Source of the DNA: Aquifex aeolicus VF5
Lineage (GTDB): Bacteria; Aquificota; Aquificia; Aquificales; Aquificaceae
DNA: 32,000 bases
Assembly: GCF_000008625.1 (NCBI RefSeq)
Contig: NC_000918.1
Span: 1,320,001-1,352,000 of the forward strand
Direction: 5' to 3'
The notes under the pieces are model-generated. The model did no database searches. It was not told where the DNA came from and worked only from the letters and a program-made list of their open reading frames with translations. Made by a program: the position numbers and the translations under genes. Of the stretch, positions 20,752 through 29,090 are shown piece after piece. Position 1 is the first letter of the stretch; the number at the start of each line of letters is the position of its first letter.

Positions 20752-22353
20752 TTGTACAAGGTACTGATTACTGACCCGATAGCTCCCGAAGGGATTGAAC
20801 TGCTTCAAAAGGACCCGGAAGTTGAAGTTTACAACGAGCCAGACATTTCCTACGAGGAACTCCTTGAGATTATAAAGGACTTTGACGCAATAATTACGAG
20901 GAGCAGAACGCCCGTAACCAAGGAGCTTCTGGAAAGGGCGGAAAAATTGAAAGTCGTCGGAAGGGCGGGCGTAGGTGTTGACAACGTAGACATAGAGGAG
21001 GCGACAAAGAGGGGAATACTCGTCGTAAACACGCCCGGGGCAAACACGATAGGTGCAACGGAACTCACGATGATGCACATGCTCACGATAATGAGGAACG
21101 GACACAAGGCCCACGAGAGTATGCTCAACTACAAGTGGGACAGAAAGAAGTTCATGGGAGAAGAACTCTACGGAAGAATCCTTGGGATTATAGGGCTCGG
21201 AAACATAGGCTCTCAGGTTGCGATAAGGGCAAAGGCCTTCGGTATGAAGGTGATGGCCTACGACCCTTACATTCCCAGAGAAAAAGCGGAAAAACTGGGA
21301 GTAAAACTCGTGGACAACCTCCACGACATGTTAAGGGAAATAGACGTCCTCACCATTCACGCACCACTCACCCACGAAACAAAGAACATGATAGACGAGA
21401 AAGAGTTTGAAATAATGAAGGACGGCGTTTACATAGTCAACTGCGCGAGAGGAGGGATAATAAACGAGAAGGCTCTCATAAAGTACATGGAGAGCGGAAA
21501 GATAAAGGGAGTGGCTCTGGACGTTTACTCAAAGGAACCCCCACCTCCCGAATTTATAGACGAACTCAAGAGATTAGCGGACAAGGTTAACATATCCCTC
21601 AGTCCCCACATAGGTGCGAACACTTACGAGTCCCAGAGGAACGTTGCGGTAATCGTAGCACAGCAGGTTTTAAAGGCTTTAAAAGGTCAAACCGTGGAGT
21701 ATGCAGTAAACGCACCCTTCCCCGACCTTTCGGTTCTCACACTCATAAAGCCCTACCTAGACCTTGCGGAAAAACTCGGGAAGTTCCTCGTTCAGTGGAC
21801 GGAAGAGGGAATAAGGGAAGTTCACATAGAGGTAAGGGGAGACATAGCGGAATACTTCCAGCCCATATCCTCCGCGGTTTTAAAGGGCATACTGGAAGAA
21901 GTCGTGGACTTTCCCGTAAACATCATTAACGCCTTCTACGTTGCCAAGGACAGGGGAATAAAAGTTGAAGAACTCTCCTCTGAAGAAACTCCCGACTTCA
22001 AGCACTACATAAAAGTAGTGGTAAAGGCTGACGGAAAAGAAAAGGTTGTAGCGGGAACCGTCCTGGAGGGGCAAATCCCAAGGATAACCGAGATTGACAG
22101 ATACAAGGTAGACATAGAACCCGAAGGAATACTTCTCGTTTTTGAAAATAAAGACGTTCCGGGAGTTATAGGAAAGATAGGCTCAATACTCGGAGAGGCT
22201 AACATAAACATAGCGGGCTTCAGACTCGGCAGGGAAAAGAAAGGCGGTATAGCCATAGGAATTCTCAACTTAGACGAACCAGCTTCGGAGGAAGTTCTCA
22301 GCAGAATAAAAGAAATACCCGAAATACTCTTCGTCAAACACATCGTCCTTTGA
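20752..22353 (+). CDS. serA: D-3-phosphoglycerate dehydrogenase, long form with a C-terminal ACT domain
   Basis: TTG start at 20752, 8 nt after GGAGG (20739-20743). GIIGLGNIGSQVA NAD-binding site, NCARGG, and a C-terminal ACT-like region (VPGVIGKIGSILGEANINIA). Confidence 0.92.
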   Translation: MYKVLITDPIAPEGIELLQKDPEVEVYNEPDISYEELLEIIKDFDAIITRSRTPVTKELLERAEKLKVVGRAGVGVDNVDIEEATKRGILVVNTPGANTIGATELTMMHMLTIMRNGHKAHESMLNYKWDRKKFMGEELYGRILGIIGLGNIGSQVAIRAKAFGMKVMAYDPYIPREKAEKLGVKLVDNLHDMLREIDVLTIHAPLTHETKNMIDEKEFEIMKDGVYIVNCARGGIINEKALIKYMESGKIKGVALDVYSKEPPPPEFIDELKRLADKVNISLSPHIGANTYESQRNVAVIVAQQVLKALKGQTVEYAVNAPFPDLSVLTLIKPYLDLAEKLGKFLVQWTEEGIREVHIEVRGDIAEYFQPISSAVLKGILEEVVDFPVNIINAFYVAKDRGIKVEELSSEETPDFKHYIKVVVKADGKEKVVAGTVLEGQIPRITEIDRYKVDIEPEGILLVFENKDVPGVIGKIGSILGEANINIAGFRLGREKKGGIAIGILNLDEPASEEVLSRIKEIPEILFVKHIVL

Positions 22354-22364
22354 GCTTCCTCCCT

Positions 22365-22370
22365 TATAAT
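22365..22370 (+). promoter_or_regulatory. Perfect TATAAT 7 nt upstream of the pyrE ATG (leaderless geometry)
   Basis: cccTTATAATtttgcttATG, with TATAAT at 22365-22370 and ATG at 22378. No SD. Confidence 0.4.
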
Positions 22371-22377
22371 TTTGCTT

Positions 22378-22923
22378 ATGCTCGAAAGGGAAAAGCTCGC
22401 ACGCCTCATAAAAAAACGCTCCCTGAAAGTAGCGGATGAACCCGTGTTTAAACTCTCCTCGGGAAAACTCAGCAGGTACTACGTGGATTTAAAACAGATA
22501 ACCTTTGATCCCGAAGGGGATTACTTAATCGGAAAAGCTATGTACGAACTCGTCAAAGAATTCAACCCTGACGCCTGCGGTGGACTCACTCTCGGTGCAG
22601 ACCCCATAGCCTACGCAATTGCCTTCGTTTCCCTTATGGACTCAAACCCTATAAAACCTTTCGTGGTAAGAAAAGAACCCAAAGGTCACGGTATGAAGAG
22701 GCAGATAGAGGGTCTTTTAAATCCGGGAGAAAGGGTTGCCGTTCTGGAAGACGTGGTAACCACGGGCTCTTCAGCTCTAAAAGCTGTAAAGGCATGTAGA
22801 GAATACGGCCTTGAGGTTATAGGCGTTTTTGCGGTGGTTGACAGGGAAGAGGGAGGCAGGGAAAACATAGAAAAGGAGGGAATACCCCTTTACTCCCTCT
22901 TTAAACTCTCGGAACTCCTTTAG
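22378..22923 (+). CDS. pyrE: Orotate phosphoribosyltransferase
   Basis: FKLSSGKLSRYYVD and the PRPP-binding VAVLEDVVTTGSS motif. ATG 22378 is preferred, because the track's TTG at 22372 adds only 2 residues. Confidence 0.9.
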   Translation: MLEREKLARLIKKRSLKVADEPVFKLSSGKLSRYYVDLKQITFDPEGDYLIGKAMYELVKEFNPDACGGLTLGADPIAYAIAFVSLMDSNPIKPFVVRKEPKGHGMKRQIEGLLNPGERVAVLEDVVTTGSSALKAVKACREYGLEVIGVFAVVDREEGGRENIEKEGIPLYSLFKLSELL

Positions 22924-24032
22924 ATGTAGACCTCTTCCCTCTTTGCGACTTCCACTATTTTGTCGAGGAGTTTTCCAAGTCCCCAGCGTTTTTCTGCGGA
23001 AATCAGTACCGCATCCCCTTCAATAAACGCAGGGTGAGGCAGGTGGTTCATTTCGTTTTCCGTTTCCACGAGCTTGTCCGCTTTGTTGAGGGCGTATATT
23101 ATGGGCTTTTCCTCCGCTCCGAGTTCCTTTAAAACCTCGTTTACAGTGCTCACGTAATCGAGCCAGCCCTCGTCCGATACGTCCACAACGTGGAGTATTA
23201 TGTCCGCTTCCTGAACTTCCTCCAAGGTAGCTTTGAAGCTCTCTATGAGCTCGGGAGGCAGTTTCCTTATAAAACCTACCGTATCCGTAAAGAGAAGCTT
23301 AAAGTCCGGGTATATAACCCTCGCGGAGGTCTTTGTGTCAAGCGTTGCGAAGAGCATGTTAGCCACGTAGGTGTCCTTCTTCGTGAGCGCGTTCATCAAG
23401 GTTGACTTTCCAGCGTTGGTGTAGCCCACTATCGCCACCCTTACTATCCTTTCACCCTTTTCGCTTCTCTCCCTTCTCTTTCTTTGCTCCCTTCTCCTCT
23501 TTTTTATCTCTTCAAGCTCCTTCTTTATCCTGTGGATACGTTTCTTTATGAGCCTTTTCCTAACTTCCGTTTCTTGCTCACCGGGTCCCCTCGTCCCAAG
23601 TCCACCCCCAAGTCTCGAGAGTGCCTTTCCCTTTCCGTGGAGTCTCGGGAGTTCGTGCATGAGCTTTGCGAGTTCCACCTGAAGTTTCGCCTCTTTCGTC
23701 TTAGCTCTCCTTGAGAATATCTCCAAAACTAAATCCGTCCTGTCGAGAACCTTTGCGTTTATGACTTTTTCAAGGTTTGATATCTGAGCGGGGGTGAGGA
23801 AGTCGTCAAACACAACTGTGTCCGCCTTAGTCCCCCTCACTATCTCCCTTATTTCCTGAGCCTTTCCCTGACCTATGTAATACTTCTGATCGGGGAAATT
23901 CCTCTTCTGGAGTATGTAACCGAGGGTCTTTCCGCCGACGGCCTCAACTAGACCCTTAAGTTCTTTAATGGATTCCTTAGAAAACTCCTTTGATATATCT
24001 CTTCCCCAGACTCCTACTAAAACCGCTCTCAT
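22920..24032 (-). CDS. hflX: GTPase HflX
   Basis: HflX N-domain (DRTDLVLEIFSRRAKTKEAKLQVELA), G1 GYTNAGKSTL, G3 DTVGF and G4 NKADK. Lies immediately downstream of hfq, the conserved arrangement. Confidence 0.92.
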   Translation of the reverse strand: MRAVLVGVWGRDISKEFSKESIKELKGLVEAVGGKTLGYILQKRNFPDQKYYIGQGKAQEIREIVRGTKADTVVFDDFLTPAQISNLEKVINAKVLDRTDLVLEIFSRRAKTKEAKLQVELAKLMHELPRLHGKGKALSRLGGGLGTRGPGEQETEVRKRLIKKRIHRIKKELEEIKKRRREQRKRRERSEKGERIVRVAIVGYTNAGKSTLMNALTKKDTYVANMLFATLDTKTSARVIYPDFKLLFTDTVGFIRKLPPELIESFKATLEEVQEADIILHVVDVSDEGWLDYVSTVNEVLKELGAEEKPIIYALNKADKLVETENEMNHLPHPAFIEGDAVLISAEKRWGLGKLLDKIVEVAKREEVYI

Positions 24033-24071
24033 TCAAGAATTAATTTAATTTTTACAAGAGTTTTATCAAGT

Positions 24072-24287
24072 TCATCCACCCTCTACTATGGTAGAAACCG
24101 CGTGCTTGTAAATCAGGTGAGGCTGTCCTTCAACTTCAAGGAGAATGGTGTACCTGTCGTGGTCGAGAACCTTTCCCACTATCCTGTTTCCCCTCGTTAG
24201 AAATACTGTAATGGTTGTTCCCTGTTGTTTGAACCTGTTTAACAGCTCGTCCTGTATGTTAACTTCCCTTTGTTCCATAGGATACAT
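24072..24287 (-). CDS. hfq: RNA chaperone Hfq
   Basis: Sm1/Sm2 pattern: IQDELLNRFKQQGTTITVFLTRGNRIVGKVLDHDRYTILL...LIYKHAVSTI. SD GGAGG (complement of 24296-24300) lies 8 nt before the ATG at 24287. Confidence 0.92.
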   Translation of the reverse strand: MYPMEQREVNIQDELLNRFKQQGTTITVFLTRGNRIVGKVLDHDRYTILLEVEGQPHLIYKHAVSTIVEGG

Positions 24288-24317
24288 AACTCAAACCTCC
24301 TGAAGATTTAAGAATAA

Positions 24318-24323
24318 ATTATA
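24318..24323 (-). promoter_or_regulatory. -10 TATAAT for hfq on the minus strand, giving a 30-nt leader with an SD
   Basis: Plus-strand attata at 24318-24323 is TATAAT on the minus strand. GGAGG follows 8 nt before the hfq ATG. Confidence 0.35.
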
Positions 24324-24330
24324 ACTTCCG

Positions 24331-24359
24331 TTGAAGCAAAGTTTTAAGGAATTTAAATT
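24331..24359 (+). promoter_or_regulatory. Candidate promoter TTGAAG, 17 nt spacer, TAAATT, ending 6 nt before ATG 24366 (leaderless geometry)
   Basis: TTGAAG at 24331-24336, a 17-nt spacer, TAAATT at 24354-24359, then aagttt and the ATG. Confidence 0.4.
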
Positions 24360-24365
24360 AAGTTT

Positions 24366-25295
24366 ATGCTACGCCTCTGGGAGGAGCTCAACAGAGTAGA
24401 AAACCTTTTCCTGGAACTTTTAGACGACCCAAAGAAAAAGGACGTACTCCTCTACCTCATATGCTACTGCCAGCTCGTGAGGAGAGACGGAGAGTACGAG
24501 GTTGAACTTCCAAAGCTCATAAATTGTGCAGAAAAACCTTACAAGTACATATCGGGAAACTGGCAGGACGTTTTACTTGAGCTCGGAGTCCTTTACCTTA
24601 AGGATAAAAAGGGGAAGGTCTACACGGGGAAAGAGATACTCCTTGTGAAAAATCCAGAGGGCTTTAAGGTGGGAATACTTCCCGATTACAGGGAAGACTT
24701 TTACAAATTCTACACAAAACTCTTGAAGTACTGGTCAGTTCTCAACTCTAGGAGAACACTCGGAAGCAATACTACACCTGACTACTACACGCCCCTTCTC
24801 GTGCACACCTTTAACGAGAAGCTCTTTAAAGAGGCACAGTACTTTTCTGAAATACTCGCTATGAGGTTTCCCAAGGAGAAGAACTTATTCCTCTCGGTTA
24901 AATTAGTTTCAGAGTTTTACAGGGAGTACGCAAAAACGGGAAGGGTTAAAGCGGACAACTTAAACGATGCCATTAATTTCCTCTCCGATACACCCGACGT
25001 TTTTTACTCCGTAAACGTTAAGAAGTTCAAAAAAGATATCAAAAAGTTCTTAGAAAACTTAAACAAGGGTGAGTTTTACTACATCACGATAGAATTTGCA
25101 TCAGAGAACAGAGGGAAAAAGAGGAGTATTTTATCTAAGCTCTGGAACTTTATAAAATCCTTAGGAGGTAAGAGATGGAATTCTCGCAGCTCAGGAATGG
25201 ATTACTACTCTTTCATAGAACACTTGTTGAAAAAGCACAGAAGGCAAATGATGAGGAGCTTAGAGAGCTCTACACCCAGGCTGCAAGGTACTTAA
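24366..25295 (+). CDS. Hypothetical protein (309 aa) of unknown function. The central region faintly resembles DUF309.
   Basis: Long ORF with normal codon usage. FNEKLFKEAQYFSEILAMRF...KNLFLSVKLVSEFYREYAKTG loosely fits the DUF309 helical-hairpin pattern without the His-Glu pair. The last 40 codons overlap the next ORF and may not be real. Confidence 0.6.
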   Translation: MLRLWEELNRVENLFLELLDDPKKKDVLLYLICYCQLVRRDGEYEVELPKLINCAEKPYKYISGNWQDVLLELGVLYLKDKKGKVYTGKEILLVKNPEGFKVGILPDYREDFYKFYTKLLKYWSVLNSRRTLGSNTTPDYYTPLLVHTFNEKLFKEAQYFSEILAMRFPKEKNLFLSVKLVSEFYREYAKTGRVKADNLNDAINFLSDTPDVFYSVNVKKFKKDIKKFLENLNKGEFYYITIEFASENRGKKRSILSKLWNFIKSLGGKRWNSRSSGMDYYSFIEHLLKKHRRQMMRSLESSTPRLQGT

Positions 25296-25381
25296 CGGAA
25301 GTTCTAAAAAACCTGGAGGAGTTTGACAAGACCATGAAGAAGATTAAGGAACTGGAGAGTAAAAACTTAAACCCCAATTGA
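25175..25381 (+). CDS. Small all-helical hypothetical protein (68 aa)
   Basis: Strong SD AGGAGGT at 25163-25169, 5 nt before ATG 25175. Its stop TGA overlaps the TTG start of the HD gene (TTGA). Amphipathic helical sequence. Confidence 0.55.
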   Translation: MEFSQLRNGLLLFHRTLVEKAQKANDEELRELYTQAARYLTEVLKNLEEFDKTMKKIKELESKNLNPN

Positions 25382-26493
25382 TTAAGGAGTTTTCAGATCC
25401 CCTTTACGGTTTCGTAAGAGTAGGGGAGGCGGGTTTAAGGCTCATAGATTCCTTTCCTTTTCAGAGGCTCAGGTACGTAAAACAGCTCGGACTCGCTTAC
25501 TTAGTATTTCCATCCGCCCAGCACACCCGTTTTGAGCACTCACTCGGGGTTTACCACATAACGGAGAGGATATGCGAAAGCCTGAAAGTAAAGGAAAAGG
25601 AACTCGTTAAACTCGCAGGACTCCTTCACGATCTCGGACATCCACCCTTTTCCCACACCACGGAAGTGCTACTTCCTCGGGAAAGAAGCCACGAGGACTT
25701 TACGGAAAGGGTAATAAAAGAAACGGAGATTTACGAAATATTGAAGCAGGACTACTCCCACGAAGATATAGAAAGACTCGTGAGGATTACCCTTGGGAAA
25801 CCTGAGGACGAGGAAGAAAAACTCCTCAGCGAGATAATCACCGGGGAGTTCGGCTCCGACAGGATGGACTACCTCAGGAGGGACGCCTACTTTTGCGGGG
25901 TATCTTACGGCTTTTTTGATTACGACAGACTAATAAGCACTCTCAGAGTCTATGAGAACAAAGTAGTGGTAGATGAAAGTGGACTGAGAGCCTTAGAGAA
26001 CTTCCTTATCTCCCGTTACTTTATGTATGTTCAGGTTTACTTCCACAAGGTCGTGAGGATACTTAGCATACACCTCGTTGAGTTCCTGAAGAAGCTCATC
26101 TCCCAGGAGGACTTTACGGATATAAACAACTTTCTAAGGTTAAACGACGCTTTTGTAATATCCGAACTCTTCAAAAGGAAAGCATTCAGAGAGGATTTTG
26201 AGAGGATATTCCAGAGGAAGCACTTCAAAACGCTCCTTTCCACGGAGAATTACGAGAAATTCTCAGAAACGAAGGAAAGACTTTTAGAAAAATTCCCGCA
26301 GGAAAAAGTGAGATTTGACGAGGTGGAGAAAGAAGTTTACGGGGGGAATATATACGTTCTCAGTTCAGAAGGACTAAAGAAAGCTCACGAACTCTCCCCG
26401 CTCATTGCTTCCCTCAAACCCATAAAACTTTATAGAATTTACGTAGACAGGCAGTTATGGGAGAAAGCCCGTTCAGAATTAAAACTCTCTTGA
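25378..26493 (+). CDS. HD-domain phosphohydrolase of the SAMHD1/EF1143-like dNTP triphosphohydrolase superfamily (COG1078-type)
   Basis: DPLYGFV, TRFEHSLGVYHI, GLLHDLGHPPFSH and DRMDYLRRD are the family's metal and substrate motifs. TTG start, with no in-frame ATG nearby. Confidence 0.85.
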   Translation: MIKEFSDPLYGFVRVGEAGLRLIDSFPFQRLRYVKQLGLAYLVFPSAQHTRFEHSLGVYHITERICESLKVKEKELVKLAGLLHDLGHPPFSHTTEVLLPRERSHEDFTERVIKETEIYEILKQDYSHEDIERLVRITLGKPEDEEEKLLSEIITGEFGSDRMDYLRRDAYFCGVSYGFFDYDRLISTLRVYENKVVVDESGLRALENFLISRYFMYVQVYFHKVVRILSIHLVEFLKKLISQEDFTDINNFLRLNDAFVISELFKRKAFREDFERIFQRKHFKTLLSTENYEKFSETKERLLEKFPQEKVRFDEVEKEVYGGNIYVLSSEGLKKAHELSPLIASLKPIKLYRIYVDRQLWEKARSELKLS

Positions 26494-26936
26494 CGTTCTT
26501 TTCCTACACAGCTGTTCTCTTGGGAGGGATTTCCCTCTACGGTGTAGCAGAGGATTTTGTTTACATATTCTTCATCCTCTCCTTTTTCCTCGGACTCGGC
26601 GTCGATCTGAAAGGTTTTCCGAAATTATCAAGACTTTTGTTAAATGCTCTAGGCATTCTCGGAACGTTTTTCTTTTTGAGTTTTATATCTCTCGAAAATC
26701 TAATCACGCCTGTGGCAAACGCTCTTCTCTTTTTAACTGGAATAAAGCTACTGGAAGAAAAAAAGGCGAGGGATTACTACCAGATTACACTTCTAGCTTT
26801 CCTGAGCTCGGCGGTGTCCACTGCGGTAAATCCCGATCCACAGTACTTCTTAATATTCTCACTGGGAAGTGCTTCTCGGAGTTATCCTCTTAATCCTCAT
26901 AAACTTTTACAGGGCTCTGGGAGACAGACCCCTTGA
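26457..26936 (+). pseudogene. N-terminal multi-TM segment of a TgpA-like transglutaminase (DUF3488-like). Either a split gene or frameshifted relative to 26869-28326.
   Basis: About 4-5 hydrophobic helices. After roughly nt 26868 the translation turns non-membrane-like (ASRSYPLNPHKLLQGSGRQTP), while the +1 frame continues as a TM helix. Confidence 0.55.
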
Positions 26937-28326
26937 CAAGGAGTTTATCAAACACCTAACCTTTATTTCTCTCGGTTTTACATTATCGACTTTTGTATTC
27001 TCGTGGTTCTTCTTCGTAATACTTCCCCGCGCTAATCAGCCACTCTTTGACCTCTTTTCACAGAAAAAGGCCGGGCTAATAAGCGGTATATCCGAAGAAG
27101 TTGAACTGGGAAAAGTAGGAGAGATACAGCTAGACAGAACTGTAGTTTTGAGGGTCTTCGGATTAGAGTTTAAAGAAAAACCCTACTGGAGGGTCTCGGT
27201 TCTAGACACATTTACGGGAGAAAAGTGGGTAAAAAGGGTAAAAATCAAAGAGAGTGAACTTACCTTTCCGAGGGGAAAAAAATACACGATAATTCTGGAG
27301 CCAACATACGAGAATTACCTGCCCTTACTCGACTATCCCGTAAAAATCCAGAAAGTGGAGGGAACAAATGAAAAACCAGTCAGGTTCAAAGGAGGCTTTT
27401 ACGAATTTCAAAAACCAGTAACAAAACCCCTCAGGATAACAGCCTACTACAAGGAAGAACCGCCGGGTGATAAGCCCTTGCCCATTTACACCCACCTCCC
27501 TCCCGACATTCCCGAAAGCGTAAGGGATCTCGCAAAGAGATTGCAAAGGGGAGCAAAAAGTAACGAAGAAAAGATAGAGAGGGTAAAGGAGTTTTTCAAA
27601 AACAACGGATTTAAGTACACCTTAAAACTCGAACACGCGGGCGGAAATCCCCTTGAGGAATTTCTCTTTAAAACGAAAAGGGGAAACTGCGAGTACTTTG
27701 CCTCTGCAACTGCGGTACTCCTCAGGTTGATGGACGTTCCTACAAGGCTTGTGAGCGGGTTCTACGGAGCTATGAAGAACGAATACGGGAACTACTACAT
27801 AGTCATCAACGCCATGGCACACGTGTGGGTTGAAGCATACGACGGAAAAAAGTGGGTAAGGGTAGATACTACACCCCCTTACGTTCCAGAGGGAGTAAGG
27901 GAAGTTTCAAAATTAGCACTCTTTTACGATGCCCTCATTACCTTCTGGTACAACAACGTCGTGAATTTCAACACACAAAAGCAGAGAAAGGTGTTTACAG
28001 ATACAGTAAAAACCGTTAAGGAAATTTTAAACGAGATAAAGGAAAATCCCATAATATTGTTCGTTCCAGTAATCGCTTACATACTCTTCTCCCTTGTCAA
28101 GAGTTTCAGAAAAACGCCTGAAAACCTGTACAGAAGGTTACTTCAAAGACTGAAAAAGTACGGCATTCATGCTAAACTGCCCGAAGAAGTGCTGGAAAAA
28201 ACGAAGGGTATGGAGATATATCCTTACGTTAAGTTTGTAGTGAGAACTTACCAGAGGTGGAAGTACTCAAAGGTGAAGGACAAGGAAGAACTCAGGGAAG
28301 CTTATAGGGTTCTTAAGAAAATTTAA
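26869..28326 (+). CDS. Transglutaminase-like cysteine protease core with a C-terminal TM and DUF4129-like tail (TgpA-like, C-terminal portion)
   Basis: Cys-His-Asp triad context: RGNCEYFASATAVLLR (Cys codon 27688-27690), AHVWVEAY and WVRVDTTP. GTG start at 26869. This frame is open only from 26854, after a TAA at 26851-26853. Confidence 0.8.
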   Translation: MLLGVILLILINFYRALGDRPLDKEFIKHLTFISLGFTLSTFVFSWFFFVILPRANQPLFDLFSQKKAGLISGISEEVELGKVGEIQLDRTVVLRVFGLEFKEKPYWRVSVLDTFTGEKWVKRVKIKESELTFPRGKKYTIILEPTYENYLPLLDYPVKIQKVEGTNEKPVRFKGGFYEFQKPVTKPLRITAYYKEEPPGDKPLPIYTHLPPDIPESVRDLAKRLQRGAKSNEEKIERVKEFFKNNGFKYTLKLEHAGGNPLEEFLFKTKRGNCEYFASATAVLLRLMDVPTRLVSGFYGAMKNEYGNYYIVINAMAHVWVEAYDGKKWVRVDTTPPYVPEGVREVSKLALFYDALITFWYNNVVNFNTQKQRKVFTDTVKTVKEILNEIKENPIILFVPVIAYILFSLVKSFRKTPENLYRRLLQRLKKYGIHAKLPEEVLEKTKGMEIYPYVKFVVRTYQRWKYSKVKDKEELREAYRVLKKI

Positions 28327-28356
28327 TAATCTGAATATAAAAGAATACTAAAATTC

Positions 28357-28365
28357 TGGTAAATT
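28357..28365 (+). promoter_or_regulatory. Extended -10 (TGgTAAATT) 10 nt upstream of the arsR-like ATG
   Basis: TG at 28357-28358, TAAATT at 28360-28365 and ATG at 28376. Confidence 0.3.
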
Positions 28366-28375
28366 AATAAGAAGG

Positions 28376-28681
28376 ATGATAAGAGAAGAGCTTTTGAGCG
28401 AGGAAAAGCTCGAAGAGCTGGCGGAATTTTTTAAGGCACTTTCCCACCCCGTCAGGTTAAAGATTATAGGAATACTCATTGAGGGAAAGCAGTGCGTTAA
28501 AAACCTGGGAGAACTATTAAACCTTTCCCAGCCCAGCGTTTCTCAGCACCTCTCGATACTCAAGGCACGGGGCATAGTAGGTTGGAAGAGAGAAGGCTCG
28601 ATTATATGCTACTATATTAAAGACGACAGGGTTAAGAAAATCTACGAATTAATTGTAAAGGAGGAAGAACATGGCAGGTAG
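28376..28681 (+). CDS. ArsR/SmtB-family winged-helix transcriptional regulator
   Basis: [50 protein letters not shown] is the canonical ArsR HTH, with a single Cys at the usual alpha-3 metal-site position. Confidence 0.88.
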   Translation: MIREELLSEEKLEELAEFFKALSHPVRLKIIGILIEGKQCVKNLGELLNLSQPSVSQHLSILKARGIVGWKREGSIICYYIKDDRVKKIYELIVKEEEHGR

Positions 28682-29090
28682 AGTAATTGAACTTAACGAA
28701 CAAAATTGGGAACAAGAAGTTCTCCAGTCCGATAAACCTGTTCTCGTTGACTTTTGGGCACCATGGTGCGGACCATGCAGGATAATAGCTCCCATAATTG
28801 AAGAAATTGCGGAAGAACTGGGAGACAAAGTAAAGGTAGGAAAGCTCAACACCGACGAAAATCCCAACATAGCAATGAGGTACGGCATCAGGGCTATACC
28901 CACGATAATCCTCTTCAAAAATGGGGAGGTGGTGGATACAAGAATAGGTGTCCAACCAAAAGAACGATTAAACAAATGGTTCTTGAGCACGTTTAATAAT
29001 TTATGGAGGCTCAGGCCGGTTTTGATACCTTTATTGAAGCCACACGTTACCTCTTTCGGGGGCCCTCCCCCCAGGAAATCCTTCTCTTAA
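28671..29090 (+). CDS. trxA: Thioredoxin with an unusual Pro/basic-rich C-terminal tail of about 30 aa
   Basis: [14 protein letters not shown] active site and [21 protein letters not shown] at 28658-28664. The start overlaps the arsR-like stop by 11 nt. The Trx fold should end near residue 108-110, but the ORF runs to 139 aa. Confidence 0.85.

Noticed and set aside
20728-21324. 198-aa ORF on the minus strand, antisense to the 5' part of serA. Similar long antisense ORFs occur at 18482-18985, 22005-22409, 2005-2358, 15271-15696, 28649-28990 and elsewhere.
   Set aside because: They lie entirely opposite well-supported genes. Their translations are low-complexity and rich in S, F, L or H/R/Y, as expected from the reverse complement of GAA/AAG/GAG-rich coding sequence. 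They have no recognisable motifs and no start-site signals. I treat them as artefacts of purine-skewed codon usage.
25378-26493. Reading the HD dNTPase-like gene as a bona fide anti-phage defence gene or island
   Set aside because: No integrase, transposase, restriction-modification, toxin-antitoxin clustering or compositional shift is visible around it. The flanking genes are core housekeeping. I kept it only as part of a tentative operon-level finding.
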